In this document: positions 27,701 through 43,476 of the stretch, in pieces
How the letters are laid out: each line of letters begins with the position of its first letter
Position numbering within the stretch: the stretch's first letter is position 1
Origin: Eledone cirrhosa
Taxonomy: Eukaryota
DNA length: 64,000 nt
Direction of reading: 5' to 3'
NCBI GenBank assembly: GCA_964016885.1
Contig: OZ024740.1
Span: 390,042,001-390,106,000 of the forward strand
Made by a program: the position numbers and the translations under genes
The notes under the pieces: generated by a model
Databases searched by the model: none
The model's input: only the letters and a program-made list of their open reading frames with translations
What the model was told of the DNA's origin: nothing

Positions 27701-30700
27701 AAAATAAAATTATATTGATGCATGCATGAATGTGTACATATACATGCACAAACACTTCCATTGAAGAATGTAATGCCTCAAGTGTGTTTTATTTATATAT
27801 TTTGTAGGAAGTCAAGGAGTTTTATGTTGGAACAAGAACTGGGTAACTTTTCTGGATACCATGCTTCAAATGTCTGTACTAAAACTACCTGGCAAAGGGT
27901 TAAGATTACCCACTAGGATCCAATCTGTTTATATTGATCCAACATGTCATGATGATTACAGCAAAGTGGTAGATGATAACACAAAAGGTTGGTGACAAAA
28001 TTGTTTCACTGTTATTTTATTTCTATTGGTTTATGAATAATATCCTTTTGAAGAGTTATAGAATCATAATGTAGACTAATTTGTTTATTTTAAAAATCTA
28101 CTTTGGGCTGGAAGAGATAAATATGAAATAAAGACACATTGTTAGTGCTTTTATCTAGATTTTTATTTGCATAATTGAAGTATTTCATGTGCAGGTGGGT
28201 GGGCATCAAAGCTTGGACCATAGCCCTATATTATAGTTCTCCAGGTTATTAGAGGAGATTAAGACCACTTATCCACTGGAACTCGTGTATGGAATTCATG
28301 ACCATGTTTAATATGCAGAAAAGGAATTCATAAGAATTCCACACTGTGTACTCAATGTAAAATATGAATACACAAGAGGTGTAGTCATGTATTGCAGGCA
28401 GGCTAACAAGATATACTGCCAGATGCACAGCATATCTTTTGTTAGCCAGCAGATTGTATGATCCCTGCATACATCAATGTTACATTGTAGTCAGACATGA
28501 GCACTGAATATGGAGGATATATGAAGGCTAGAAAGAAATGTCATGCATGCTCTACTGGATGTACTGCATGAACGATGAAGCACAAATAAATTGAGAAAAA
28601 CTAGACATAAGAGGAATTGTGGGTTTAGGAGAGAAGATTGTGCTACTATGGACATATAATGCACATGGATGATGATTGCTGGGTGAATTGGCATGAGTTC
28701 CAAGTAGATGGAAGCCAAGGAAGTGGAAGACCTGGCCTCAGGTAGTGTGAAAGCTGAGCTCTGAATAGAGATGACAAAGGAAAGAAACAACTGGAGATGC
28801 TATATTGGTGAAGACTTGTCTAACTCATGCAAGCATCAGAAAACGTTTACTGCAACTCACTCAATTTTATCCTCACACTACTACTTTTATTTTCATTCTC
28901 CTGTCATGCATTCTGTGTTGTTGGACAGCCACCTACTTCCATAGAATGACAGCAAATAAAAATGTATTGTAAATTATGTTGATATCAAATTTTAAAGTGA
29001 CTAGAGTAATTTTTCTTTCTTGTGTTGACATAACAGTAGAACTATGAACGTTATTTTTTTCAGGTATCAAAGTTACTATTGATTCTGATATTGATACCTG
29101 CACCGCTGGGGGTGTAGAGATACTTGGTTTACATGCTACTGTAGCTCCACGCCGACAATATCAATCTCCACCCATTCTAGAAGCCCATACTTTTGTGCCA
29201 AATATAATGGATTTTTCAAAAGTGGATTCGCAGATGGATTCTTACATAAAAACCTGTTCAAATCTTTGTCAATCAGTTTTGAAACGTATTCTTACAAGCA
29301 CTGATGTACCCAACAGAAGTTTCTTGGAGGCACAATTAAAAGGTTTTAATGATTCTATTCCAAATGTTGAATCCTTTGCAAACATCCCACATAGTGGTCT
29401 ACTTCAAATGCTCATGAAAGTTCCAAACAATTCATCACTGAAGGCAAATAATTTAGAAAATCTTTTGGATTCTTTTGAAGTGGAATTATCTGATGACCAG
29501 CTGTTAACTTACATCTATAATCAAGGTGCATTGAAGACTTGTTTAGATATTGTGCTTGAGAATCTGTTCAAGAACAAAATAAAAATTGTTGAAATTGATG
29601 CCACACAGATTAAACTAAGTCAAAAGATTATCTCTTTTGTTGAATCTCATCCTATGATAACAAGTGATTACATTAGGACTGTTTCTAAAGGTGAAATGGA
29701 TGTAGATAGTGAAATTACTGGCATTCCTATTCTGAGATGGGATCCTGCAAATCCATCTTCAGATATTTTGTCCAATGTTGACTTAGTAATTGCTAGTAAT
29801 ATTCTTCATCAACACAAAGATGTTGATCAGGTCATGAAGAACATCTGCCAGCTTCTGAAAGATAATAAATTTTTGTTATTAGAAGAAGCTACACAACATT
29901 CTGAAATATTCACATGCCTTGAAATGTTATCAAAAGACTTTTCTTCAGTTACGAGCTCAAGACCAAATTTTTTTCTTAATAACAAAGATCTGAAAGTGCA
30001 TTTTGAAAATGCAGGACTGGAAGTAGTATGCCATTTTTCTGGACCAATCTCAGACATGTATTTACTTCGGGAAAAAATGAAACCATTAGTATGTCAGAAA
30101 CTAGTAATTGATGACCTTGAAGGAAATTGGTTTCAGGACTTGAAAAACATATTTGAGAAGTGTACCAATGACAATAGTTTTAATCGCCTGTGGCTTGTGT
30201 CAACATCTACACCATTAAATGGTATATTAGGTCTTGTGAACTGTCTTGTAAAAGAAGACACTAGCAATAAAATCAGGTATGTACATATTCTTTCTATTGC
30301 ATTTCACTCTATTTCTTTGAATTTTTTTATTTTTATTTTTTTTATTTCATCTTTAGTTTTTAACCCTTTACATATGATACAAGGTAAATTAAATTTAAAA
30401 CTGCAATATAAACATATCTATATCAGAACTTTCTATATCAGAACTGGTAAGACCTAGATATACGACAATTGTTAAAACTATATTGTATATCCTAGAGTTG
30501 ATGAGTTGAAATTAAGGATGCAGATATACAAGGTCTGTTGAAAATGTATCCAACCTTCCATCAGTTATGTTCCCACAACTGGTGCAAGCCAGTCGTTGGG
30601 GTACCACTCAAGACACTTTCATAGTTAGTCGTCGCCACTGGTCTCTATTCTGTCATACGTAGAAGGGTTTTGGTATTGTGACCAGTTCAGTCTTTGACAT

Positions 30701-33028
30701 TGTTGAACCAGGATTTTTTTTGTTTGCCTCTCCTTTACCCTCTCTCAACTCTGCCCTGAAGGATGATTTTAGACTAGTAGTTGTGGCGAGATATATGGTC
30801 ATACCAGGCAAGTTTCTGTCTTTTCACTATTGCAAGGAGTGGTTCCTGTCTGCCAGCATATTTGTTAACTTGCTGCCTGACAAAGCTGTTTGTTTTGAGC
30901 TCCATGTGCAGGTTGTGTAGCAACCTTCTGAAGCACTTGTGCTTAAATGACTGGATTCTTTGTTCCATGTCAGCTGTGAGAGTCCAACTCTCACTCATAC
31001 AAAAAGATCAGTCACCAAGGACTTGTATAGTTTGAGCTTCATTGGAAAACTGATGGGGTTACTTTTCCATATGACATTCAGCAGAAGTGGCCAGGGTGAG
31101 TCTTGTCAATATCTCTTTTCGAGATCTGCCGTCTTAGTTCAGAATGGATCTTAAGTACTAGAAGCTGTCCTCTTCTTCAAGTCTTTTTTCCGTTCAGCAT
31201 GATATTGGTTGTTATTTACCAGCATTTTGCTCTTTTGTGAGCTGATTTTCATTCTGTATGCCCCTGATACTTTTTCCAGTCTGGTAATAAACTCCTGGCA
31301 TTCTGCTTCACTGCTTCCTAACAGATCAATGTCTCCAGCAAATCAGCTTTGAAATGGGCCATCTTCCAATAGAAACAGATGTGGAAGTCTTGGAATGTCT
31401 CTTGCATGATGTTTTCCAGGAAGATATTGAAAAGCATTGAGGAAAGGAGACATTTTTGTTGAACTCTCACTGTTGTCTTGAAGAATTCTCTGATGTTATT
31501 CAGAACTGCAGTTTGAGTTGTCATACAATGCTCTAATTACTTGAATGAGGTTGATATCAAAGTTGTAATCCTTCATCACCTTCCACAAAACTTCATGCCA
31601 AACATGGTCAAAGGCCTTTTTAAAGTCAATGAAGTTATGATAAAGGTCAGATTGGTGCTGCAAGGGGTTTCTCAGTGAGCAGCCTGATGTTAGGTATCTG
31701 CTCTATTGTACTTTTGGGCCTGAATCCTGCTTGTTTTTCTGCCTTTCCCTTAAGTCTGTTTAGAAGATCTCTTAGCAGTACTTTGCTGGGGTAGCTAAAG
31801 GATGATTGTTCTATAGTTCCGGCAGTCTTAAGTTTCCTTTTTTGGGAAATGGGTATCATCAGTGATTGGGTCCACTATTTGTATCCCAAATCTTTTGTTT
31901 CTTGGTTATTACCATTTATCTTCATATTTTTAATACTTCAGAGAAAATCTTGGGGGTCCTTCATCTAAGGATAGCTTTTTATTTTTGTTCAAGTGCATTT
32001 TCTTTATAGATCAATTTATGGACAATTTCTAATATTTTACTGCCATAAACAAGTGTATTAAGTATCGGTAGAGGGTCAGATGCCATGCTTTACGTTCTGA
32101 GTTCAAATCCCGCTCAGGTTAACTTTGCCTTTCATGTGGTCGATAAAATAAAGCGCCAGTAATGCACTGGCCTTGTGCCAAAAGTAGAAACAATTATTAT
32201 TGTCATGAATATGCTTGGTTTATTTTATCGAGCAAAATCACCCAAGTGCCTGCAACTGGTACAGCTAGTTGTTGGGGTGCCACTCTAGACATTTCAGTAG
32301 GCCTTATATATATATATATATCTCATCATCATCGTTTAACGTCCATCTTCCATGGTAGCATGGGTTAGACGGTTTTGTTCCATTTGATGAAGGAATGGTC
32401 GGGAGACTGTGTCCTGCTCGTACGTATATATATATATATATATGCTTGGCAGTACCCATCTCTTCTAGAGTTTTATTTTATGTGTGCAATCAAATATTAA
32501 CTAACATAAACACATCTTTGCTGTGGAAATGAACTCTTTAGTTAAACCAAACACTAGTGTTCTCTCTGTAGAATGAACAGCTTGATTAGTTCTGCCTGGT
32601 TATTGGAACTATTTACCCTATCATCACTACAGAAAAATAAAATATCTTGTAGCTGCTTAGGAAAAGTACTATAAGTAACATTTGCTGATTTTACTAATTT
32701 GCATAACAGTGCATTTATTGGTGACACTAAATTGCTGAGACTCTGTGTGAGGACAAGATGTAAATAAGTTGCTGTATAAATGCATGTTTATTAAAATATA
32801 TGCATGTTAAATTATTTACAGTTAAGCTATTAAATATCCTTTTATTTCTTTTGGAATTGTTTCATCTGGTATTAATTTTTTTTAGGTGCATATTTAATGC
32901 TTCTCTTGCTGGTACTCAACTTCAACTAACAGATGAGCTTTTCACGAAGCTCCAATCGACAGATCTTCTGATGAATATTTTCAGAGATGATCAGTGGGGA
33001 TCAATGAGGCATCTACCGTTCCAATCTG
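507..33028 (+). CDS. FASN: Type I fatty acid synthase, partial spliced CDS (14 exons; KS-MAT-DH-psiMT-psiKR); 5' and 3' parts outside the window
   Basis: Exons 507-680, 2419-2619, 2741-2863, 5031-5261, 14013-14452, 15932-16162, 16909-17098, 17994-18223, 21129-21430, 25232-25617, 26250-26501, 27808-27987, 29064-30276 and 32886-33028 all have AG/GT ends. Their phases join into one 4,296-nt frame with animal FAS catalytic motifs in canonical order. Confidence 0.93.
1380..2170 (+). mobile_element. Old degenerate RTE LINE 3' region(s)
   Basis: Decayed KGRLYD...SExW and RLxWCGHV remnants, followed by the 'gttaggaagggcatccaactgtagaaa' 3' motif shared with the young RTE copies. Confidence 0.6.
2419..2619 (+). 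CDS. FASN: FASN exon, KS catalytic Cys
   Basis: caag|gt cca agt; [16 protein letters not shown]...SKSFDAS; donor g|gtaaat. Confidence 0.95.
2741..2863 (+). CDS. FASN: FASN exon, KS (absent from ORF track)
   Basis: ttttcag|ca aat ggt tat; [42 protein letters not shown]; donor g|gtaaat. Confidence 0.93.
2900..3260 (+). mobile_element. Old degenerate RTE LINE C-terminal fragment
   Basis: 'aggggcaggttgtatgat' (KGRLYD-like) and 'gctggtgatggtatgtaatg' (RWYGHVM-like) remnants. Confidence 0.5.
3412..3510 (+). mobile_element. Ty3/Gypsy gag N-terminal remnant
   Basis: Translates [32 protein letters not shown], matching the LPxFxxxDxxLWFAQxEAxF gag start of Gypsy elements. Confidence 0.55.
5031..5261 (+). 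CDS. FASN: FASN exon, two KS catalytic His
   Basis: GITFPSG...[16 protein letters not shown]...[16 protein letters not shown]; polyT-cag acceptor, g|gtaaaa donor. Confidence 0.95.
5850..9228 (+). mobile_element. RTE-clade LINE, family A, near full length, disrupted (AP endonuclease, RT, PHD finger, (GAT)n tail); 5' boundary approximate
   Basis: ORF pieces 5903-6721 (TINV, VQETRW, SAYAPQ, GDFNGH, IDFIL, SQH), 7515-7910 ([25 protein letters not shown]), LYADD near 7960, 7997-8929 ([11 protein letters not shown]); stops and frameshifts; tail ggtgatgatggtgatgat. Confidence 0.92.
10037..12596 (-). mobile_element. piggyBac DNA transposon with frameshifted transposase
   Basis: TIR ccctttagc / gctaaaggg, TTAA TSD at 10033-10036 and 12597-12600; transposase pieces on the minus strand. 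Confidence 0.92.
10679..12357 (-). pseudogene. piggyBac (PGBD-like) DDD transposase split over three frames
   Basis: 11659-12357 (acidic N-terminus, DPLYKVRP), 10854-11675 ([33 protein letters not shown]), 10679-10890 Cys-rich domain (CRLC...[13 protein letters not shown]); frame breaks fall in T homopolymers. Confidence 0.9.
13085..13700 (-). mobile_element. Old RTE-type LINE 3' fragment (third family)
   Basis: [43 protein letters not shown]; same family as 30566-31880. Confidence 0.75.
14013..14452 (+). CDS. FASN: FASN exon, KS C-terminus and linker
   Basis: GLAALAKV...[14 protein letters not shown]...PYRGY; ag|ga ttg acceptor, gag|gttag donor. Confidence 0.92.
15098..15473 (+). mobile_element. 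Tandem pair of tRNA-derived SINEs (Deu/Nin-like core)
   Basis: A box-like tggcagtatcggtaga, B box gagttcaaatcc, core gcctttcatccttacggggtYgataaaataaagtaccag; attatttaattaag at 15084, 15280 and 15474. Confidence 0.8.
15932..16162 (+). CDS. FASN: FASN exon, MAT start
   Basis: [24 protein letters not shown]...GIAAIQ; cag|gtaatt. Confidence 0.93.
16357..16640 (+). mobile_element. tRNA-derived SINE of a different family
   Basis: A box tggtcaagtggtaag, B box ggttcaattcc, then a tgtgttcttgagcaaaacactt core. Confidence 0.6.
16909..17098 (+). CDS. FASN: FASN exon, MAT catalytic Ser
   Basis: IALVDLL...[19 protein letters not shown]...YWRG...MAAVG; g|gtgagt. Confidence 0.95.
17210..17856 (+). mobile_element. 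Old RTE LINE 3' end
   Basis: [13 protein letters not shown], ggtgataggaaaggcatccagctgtagaaa, terminal gcggatgttaaaac...atgatg. Confidence 0.6.
17994..18223 (+). CDS. FASN: FASN exon, MAT (AFHS)
   Basis: GLTWKEAK...[13 protein letters not shown]...VAFHSYYM; gta|gtaagt. Confidence 0.93.
19772..20050 (+). mobile_element. Degenerate tRNA-derived SINE
   Basis: tggctgtgtggttagg (A box), gggttctatttc (B box-like), ttgggcaaatgtcttct core, ggtgtcaggaagg tail motif. Confidence 0.45.
21129..21430 (+). CDS. FASN: FASN exon, MAT C-terminus
   Basis: RWISTSIP...[16 protein letters not shown]...[15 protein letters not shown]; aa|gtaaga. Confidence 0.93.
21509..21740. mobile_element. TTAA-specific piggyBac-type MITE
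   Basis: ttaa|ccctgtagcatt ... aatgctaaagag|ttga; homologous to 12601-12802. Confidence 0.75.
22379..24489 (+). mobile_element. RTE LINE family B, 5'-truncated, with an uninterrupted RT-PHD-C-terminal ORF
   Basis: ORF 22379-24103 (574 aa) with [40 protein letters not shown]; (GAT)n tail. Confidence 0.95.
25232..25617 (+). CDS. FASN: FASN exon, post-MAT linker and DH catalytic His
   Basis: YPVSRGTG...[11 protein letters not shown]...[19 protein letters not shown]; g|gtaaat. Confidence 0.94.
26250..26501 (+). CDS. FASN: FASN exon, DH
   Basis: [17 protein letters not shown]...[19 protein letters not shown]; g|gtatgg. Confidence 0.92.
27808..27987 (+). CDS. FASN: FASN exon, DH catalytic Asp (different frame from the listed ORF 27722..27916)
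   Basis: tttgtag|ga agt caa; [18 protein letters not shown]...[14 protein letters not shown]; g|gttggt. Confidence 0.92.
28480..28845 (+). mobile_element. Old degenerate RTE C-terminal fragment
   Basis: Remnants of EDIxRLERN, RLxxYGHIM and GRP; terminal ctaactcatgcaagcat. Confidence 0.5.
29064..30276 (+). CDS. FASN: FASN large exon, DH end, pseudo-methyltransferase and start of pseudo-KR
   Basis: [17 protein letters not shown]...KIVEIDAT...[10 protein letters not shown]...RLWLVS...[12 protein letters not shown]; ag|gtatgt. Confidence 0.9.
30566..31880 (-). mobile_element. Old RTE-type LINE RT fragment
   Basis: [62 protein letters not shown]. Confidence 0.8.
32053..32200 (+). mobile_element. 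tRNA-derived SINE, same family as 15098-15473
   Basis: gtatcggtagagggtcag...gagttcaaatcc...gcctttcat...agtagaaacaattattatt. Confidence 0.75.
32886..33028 (+). CDS. FASN: FASN exon, end of pseudo-KR; last exon visible
   Basis: RCIF...[19 protein letters not shown] matches the animal FAS DLxMNxxRDGxWGxxRH motif; g|gtaaag. Confidence 0.9.
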
Positions 33029-33143
33029 GTAAAGATTTTATATATATATGTATCATCATAATTTTGCGTTCACTTTTCTATGCTTGCATGGGTTGGTTGA
33101 GTACTTTTCAGCACAGCATTGCCCAACTTGTCACATTCCTTAT

Positions 33144-33187
<44 letters not shown>

Positions 33188-33188
<1 letters not shown>

Positions 33189-33348
33189 TGTAAGACCATC
33201 AGAAATTGATGAGTTCATCCGGTCGATTCCATCCAGACCTACAAAGCTGGCAATGGCTGATCCTCCTTCATTTGATGAGGTGGCGAAGGCCATTGCCAAA
33301 TCAAACAGCGGCAAGTCACCTGGAATGGATGGACTGAGTGCTGATATC
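33188..33348 (+). mobile_element. Short LINE RT N-terminal fragment
   Basis: PPSFDEVAKAIAKSNSGKSPGMDGLSADI, typical pre-RT motif of APE-type LINEs; begins directly after a (TA)n tract. Confidence 0.7.
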
Positions 33349-36300
33349 TGGTCTGTTATGCCTGCATTTTATTGGGGTTTTTACTGGAACATTCCACCAG
33401 TACTCTTTCATATTATGTACATGGATGTCTTCCACATTGTTGTAGCTTTTAATGTGTTTATTATCGGGGCTATCTTTTTTACGAACTGCATTGTACAGTG
33501 TTTTGGCTACTACATCATGCCTCAGGTAGATAGTACCGCGATGACATCTTTGGACAGCTGCTGATGACATGGGTGATATCCTCGATGTTAGTTCTGCAGA
33601 GTCTGCACTTGTTATCACATCTAGGTGTTTTGCCTGCATCCCTATCTCTTTTGTGAATCAGGTATTTCGTGCTAATCTCCTGTTCTTGGATTGCAAAAGC
33701 GTATTCTTCAAAGTGGGAGCCAATATAGCGGTTGTTGGTCCAAGATGGACTACTTTCCTTATCTATATTACTCTCACTCTGGAGCTTCCTGGCAACATAT
33801 CCATGCATGATTTTTTTTTGCTGATAGGCATGCAGTTTTTCATCCATGGACTCACTGCGATACTGCTGAGCAACATCCCTGGGTGTGAGTTTTTGATTAT
33901 CACACAGGGAATATCTCTCAAGGAGTTCCTTCCCAACTCTCATGATCTTATCTGTTTCATGCAGATAGACTTGCTGGAGAAACGGGCTCCTACGCTTCGA
34001 GGTTCGTAGATGTTGTCGGAGAGATATGATGCGACATTCAAATGTTGTCTGGACTGATGTTAGGCCTCTGCCTCCCTGCTTACGTTTCAAGTAAAGGCGG
34101 TCTGTCACTGTTGATGTGGAAGTTTCCAGTGTTGTTCAGTATTTTTCGAGTTCCAACATCAACTGCTCGGATTTCGTCTATCGTCCAATTGAGTATTCCA
34201 AACGTTGGTGTTAGGACAGGCACAGCAAACACATTGTGAGCCACTGTTTTGTTTTGTGCAGAGAGTTCCGATGACCAGATCTTTCTTAATCGGGTGTAGT
34301 ATTCTCTGGTTACGCGTTCTTTATTACAGATACCATTATAGGATATGTTCTCATCTATCCCCAGGTATCTGTAGCAGTACTCATCAGATATCGGTGAAAC
34401 AGTTAGACCATTGATGACAATGTTGCTAGATTAAGTTGTTGTTTTTCCCCGCTTTACAGTCATGTATGAACATTTATCTTGGCCAAACTCCATTCCTATA
34501 TCCTTTGAGAACGTTGAAACCAGGTCAAGATTTTTCTTCATCCCATCCATGTTCTTGGCATAGTTTCAGATCGTCCACAAAGAAGTTATGGGTTAGGTTC
34601 GTATTTCTGTCCTCCTGTGAGCCAATGATGTATCCCTCACATTTCTTGAGCAGAAAGGACAAGGGGTTTAATGACAAGATGAACAATATCACAGAGAGAC
34701 TGTCCCCCTGAAATATACCCCTGCAATATTTTATTTTATCAGTGAAAATAAGAGTCCTCCCTCTCTGTCTTTAACCTTAGGATAGTAGCCCAAGAAGAAG
34801 ACAGCCTCTCTATGGCTCTGACAATAATGTCTGGGACTTTAGCAAGTTGGAGGGCCTCTATCATTCAAGAGTGGGGAACAGAATCAAAAGCTTTCTTGTA
34901 GTCCAGCCAGACTAGTCATATTCCTCCTGAGTTGTCGCACCTCCGACATCGCAGTTTTGTTGATTAGGAGTTATTCAGCACATCCCCAAACCCTTTTCTT
35001 TCCAGCTGCTTGTTCAGCTGTGATGATGTTATTATTTTCACAGTGATCTTGGAGGAATAGGTTCAGGCAGGCTGTATACATCTTATACATCAGGTTCTGG
35101 CATGCAATGGGTCGGTAGTTTTTTGCCAAGTGAGTGACTTTATTCTTGGGGACCAGTAACGTTTGTGCTAATGTCAACCATTCTGGTATGGAATGTCTTT
35201 CTGGGATGGGGCCTCAGTGATACTTATTATTTTGCCCTTCATATCTCTATAGACTGATGTTTGGTTTCGTCTGAATCTTTTATTAAGCATTTTTCTCTCA
35301 TCTACCTTCTTCAGGTATCAATGTTTTTCGCTAACAGCTCTCAATTCTTGTTTGAGGGTGATCAGCTTATATTGGAGAGTTCTGGTTCTGCTGTTACCAA
35401 ACATCGTCTCTATTTTATTTTTCACTCTTTGTTGGTGAGGAGTGAGGTGTTTTGTGTTTGTTTGCATGTAAGGAGCATTGTCACATGTCCTATGTTTTTT
35501 CGTAGGTCAGCACTCTTTTTCTTCTATTTTAGTTATATATGATGGTATTTTTGGTGGTGTTTTGTTCTTGTTAATATCTCTGCTATCACCAAGATAATGC
35601 TTCACTGTCATTGCTAAGGCATATAAACAGGCGTTGATTTGCCAAAATGTTGGGGTTTTTATCCGTCATAAATATTCATCCCCTATTTCGTCAATAGCAC
35701 GTAGTATTTCATTATTTGGTTTTTTATTCACCATTGGCATTTTAACACGTTCAGCCAGAGAGATATTTATACATGAGTTAATTTCTCTGGAAGATTTCGT
35801 TGAGGGAAATTTTCAATTTTTTTATACTTTTGATTATCATTATCGATAGTATTTTCCACAACAGTCGAGGTAGACTCGGATGGTATACGTGGTGTCACAT
35901 TTATTCGATTATTATTATTATTTCTTCGATTATTATTATTATCGATAGTGTTTTCCCCAGCATTCGAGGTAGACTTAGATAGTACATGTGGTGTCAAGTT
36001 TCTTATAGGCATAGTTGTTTCAAGGCGCTGCTTGACCTGGCTGCTAGGAAGTCTAGTAGCATGGCGATCTGTAGCACGTGTTGATTCCATGTTTGTTGTG
36101 GGGGACTTACAATTAATAATATTTATCTTATTTTTACGTTCAACAAACGTCGCTTGTTGGCGTAATTGTTTCGCTGTGAAATAATTTAGCTCTGGGTGCA
36201 TTTCGTCCTAGTGTAGCTTAATTCTATTCATATAGCCAATGGAGGGATTGTTTTTTGCCATTTTATAACAATTAAATAAATCATTATTAAGTTCGCAACT

Positions 36301-36630
36301 CCAAGAGAAATGCGATTTATAATTTCGGTTTCTTCTGTAGCTACAATTGAATAAATTTGATTACCTTCTTTGTTATTTGTCTTCGATACTTCCTTAATTT
36401 TTTTGTTGATGGTGTGTTCAGCCATGCTGTTTGTAGCAAATCCTTATAAAATGAATTATGTCTTTAGTTGGATATCTCTACGAATTCGAATAAAAGGTGT
36501 CTTCAGAAGGGATAGTTAGAAGAATAACCAGTTATTCAACCTGGCTGTAGTTGTGGCATTACTGTTGGAGATAGTATACATCTTAAATTTAATAAATAGT
36601 CTCCCACACCAAAATATGTGACTGATAGAT
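33343..36630 (-). mobile_element. R4/Dong-like non-LTR retrotransposon (RT, CCHC, restriction-like endonuclease), degenerate and 3'-truncated
   Basis: NYRPIAC, WLDYKKAFDSVPH, RGIFQGDSLS, FVDDLK, RLYLKRKQGGRGL, CRLC...HVISSC, RHDVVAK, RPDI; 5' boundary approximate. Confidence 0.85.
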
Positions 36631-36644
36631 TATGTATGTATGTA

Positions 36645-37052
36645 AGATGACCCCTTAGCCTTTGTCAAGGCAGAATTCTAGGAGAAGGAAAACTCTATAA
36701 CTCTATAACACCTGCAACTCTGATGGTATCCAATGATGTTGACATGTTCTTTTTGGTAAATATCATCTTGGTTAAGAGAGTGGGACTGGCCTTGTGTAGT
36801 GCCTTTGCTCACTATAAAAGCTTCACGGCACAGGCATTGCTTTATATCTGGAATTCTCTCTGCACTTGTCGTCACATGGTACCATGGGCCCAGCACTGTG
36901 TCAATAATTATCACAGGTGTAGTGTTTGTACCAGAGTTTTCAAGTCACTAGCTGGACTAAAAAGTCACACTCGTTCAGCGCATCGGTAGGGGTTCTCCTA
37001 CATGGATATAAAGTAGTGGCCGTACTCTAAAACGAGTTGGCAGCCACCACCA
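36645..37052 (+). mobile_element. Short non-autonomous RTE-derived element, copy 1
   Basis: ctaggagaaggaaaactct near the 5' end, CSVC...GLKSHxR knuckle remnant, ends ttggcagccaccacca; homologous to 41255-41663. Confidence 0.7.
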
Positions 37053-37054
37053 TT

Positions 37055-41254
<4,200 letters not shown>

Positions 41255-41663
41255 GGCAGAATTCTAGGAGAAGGAAAACTCTGATATAACACCTGCAACC
41301 CTGATGGTATCCAATGATGTTGACTTGTTCTTCTTTTTGGTAAATATCATCTTGGTTAAGAGAGTGGGACTGGCTTTGTGCAGTGCCTTTGCTCACTATA
41401 AAAGCTTCACGGCACAGGCATTGCTTTATATCTGGAGATCTCTCTGCACTTGTCCTCACATGGGCCCAGCACTATGTGTCAATGGTTGTCCTACCATGGG
41501 CCCAGCACTATGTGTCAATGGTTGTCACAGGTGTAGTGTTTGTACCAGAGGTTTCAAGTCGCTGGCTGGACTAAAAAGTCACACTCGTTCAGCGCTTCGG
41601 TAGGGGTTATCCTACATGGATGTAAAGTAGTGGCCGTACTCGAAAACGAGTTGGCAGCCACCA
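41255..41663 (+). mobile_element. Short non-autonomous RTE-derived element, copy 2 (internal tandem duplication near 41459-41528)
   Basis: Aligns by eye to 36669-37052. Confidence 0.75.
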
Positions 41664-41930
41664 TATATATGTTTATATGTATATGTGTATATATATATAT
41701 ATATGTATATGTGTATATATATATGTATATGTGTATATATATATATATATGTGTATGTGTATATATATATATATGTATATGTGTATATATATATATATAT
41801 GTGTATGTGTATATATATATATATGTGTATATATATATATATATGTGTATGTGTATATATATATATATGTATATGTGTATATATATATATATGTATATGT
41901 ATATATATATATATGTATATGTGTATATAT

Positions 41931-41962
<32 letters not shown>

Positions 41963-43016
41963 GTATATGTGTATATATATATATATATGTATATGTGTAT
42001 ATATATATATATATGTATATGTGTATATATATATATATATGTATATGTGTATAATATATATATATGTATATGTGTATATATATATATATATGTATATGTG
42101 TGTATATATATATATATATGTATATGTGTATATATATATATATGTATATGTGTATATATAATATGTGTATATATATATATATGTATATGTGTATATATAT
42201 ATGTGTATATATATATATATATGTATATGTGTATATATATATATATATGTATATGTGTATATATATGTGTATATATATATATATGTATATGTGTATATAT
42301 ATATATATGTATATGTATATATATATATATGTATATGTGTATATATATATATATGTATATGTGTATATATATATATATATGTATATGTGTATATATATAT
42401 ATATATGTATATGTGTATATATATATATATATGTATATGTGTATATATATATATATATGTATATGTGTGTATATATATATATATATGTATATGTGTATAT
42501 ATATATATATGTATATGTGTATATATATATGTGTATATATATATATATGTATATGTGTATATATATATGTGTATATATATATATATATGTATATGTGTAT
42601 ATATATATATATGTATATGTGTATATATATGTGTATATATATATATATGTATATGTGTATATATATATATGTGTATATATGTATGTGTATATATATATAT
42701 ATATGTATATGTGTATATATATATGTATATGTGTGTATATATATATGTATATGTGTGTATATATATATGTATATGTGTATATATATATGTATATGTGTAT
42801 ATATATATGTATATGTGTGTATATATATATGTATATGTGTGTATATATATATGTATATGTGTATATATATATGTATATGTGTATATATATATATGTATAT
42901 GTGTATATATATATATGTATATGTGTATATATATATGTATATGTGTATATATATGTATGTGTATGTATATGTATATATATATATATATATGTGTATATAT
43001 GTATATGTATATGTGT

Positions 43017-43050
<34 letters not shown>

Positions 43051-43124
43051 ATATGTGTATATATATATATATATATATGTGTATATATATATATATATAT
43101 GTATGTGTATATATATATATATAT

Positions 43125-43156
<32 letters not shown>

Positions 43157-43445
43157 GTGTATATGTATATGTGTATATATATATGTATATGTGTATATAT
43201 ATATGTATATGTGTATATATATATATATATGTATATGTGTATATATGTATATATATATGTGTATATATATATATGTGTATATATATATATGTGTATATAT
43301 GTATATATATATGTATATATATATGTATATGTATATATGTATGTATATATATATATATGTATATATATGTGTATATATATATGTATATATATATATATAT
43401 ATATGTGTATATATGTGTATATATGTATATATATGTGTATATATG

Positions 43446-43476
<31 letters not shown>

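Noticed and set aside
27722-27916. Listed 64-aa ORF
   Set aside because: Wrong frame; the real FASN exon 27808-27987 uses another frame.
507-33028. Bacterial or fungal PKS cluster, or horizontal transfer
   Set aside because: Spliceosomal introns, animal FAS motifs and domain order, and animal repeats all indicate a native gene.
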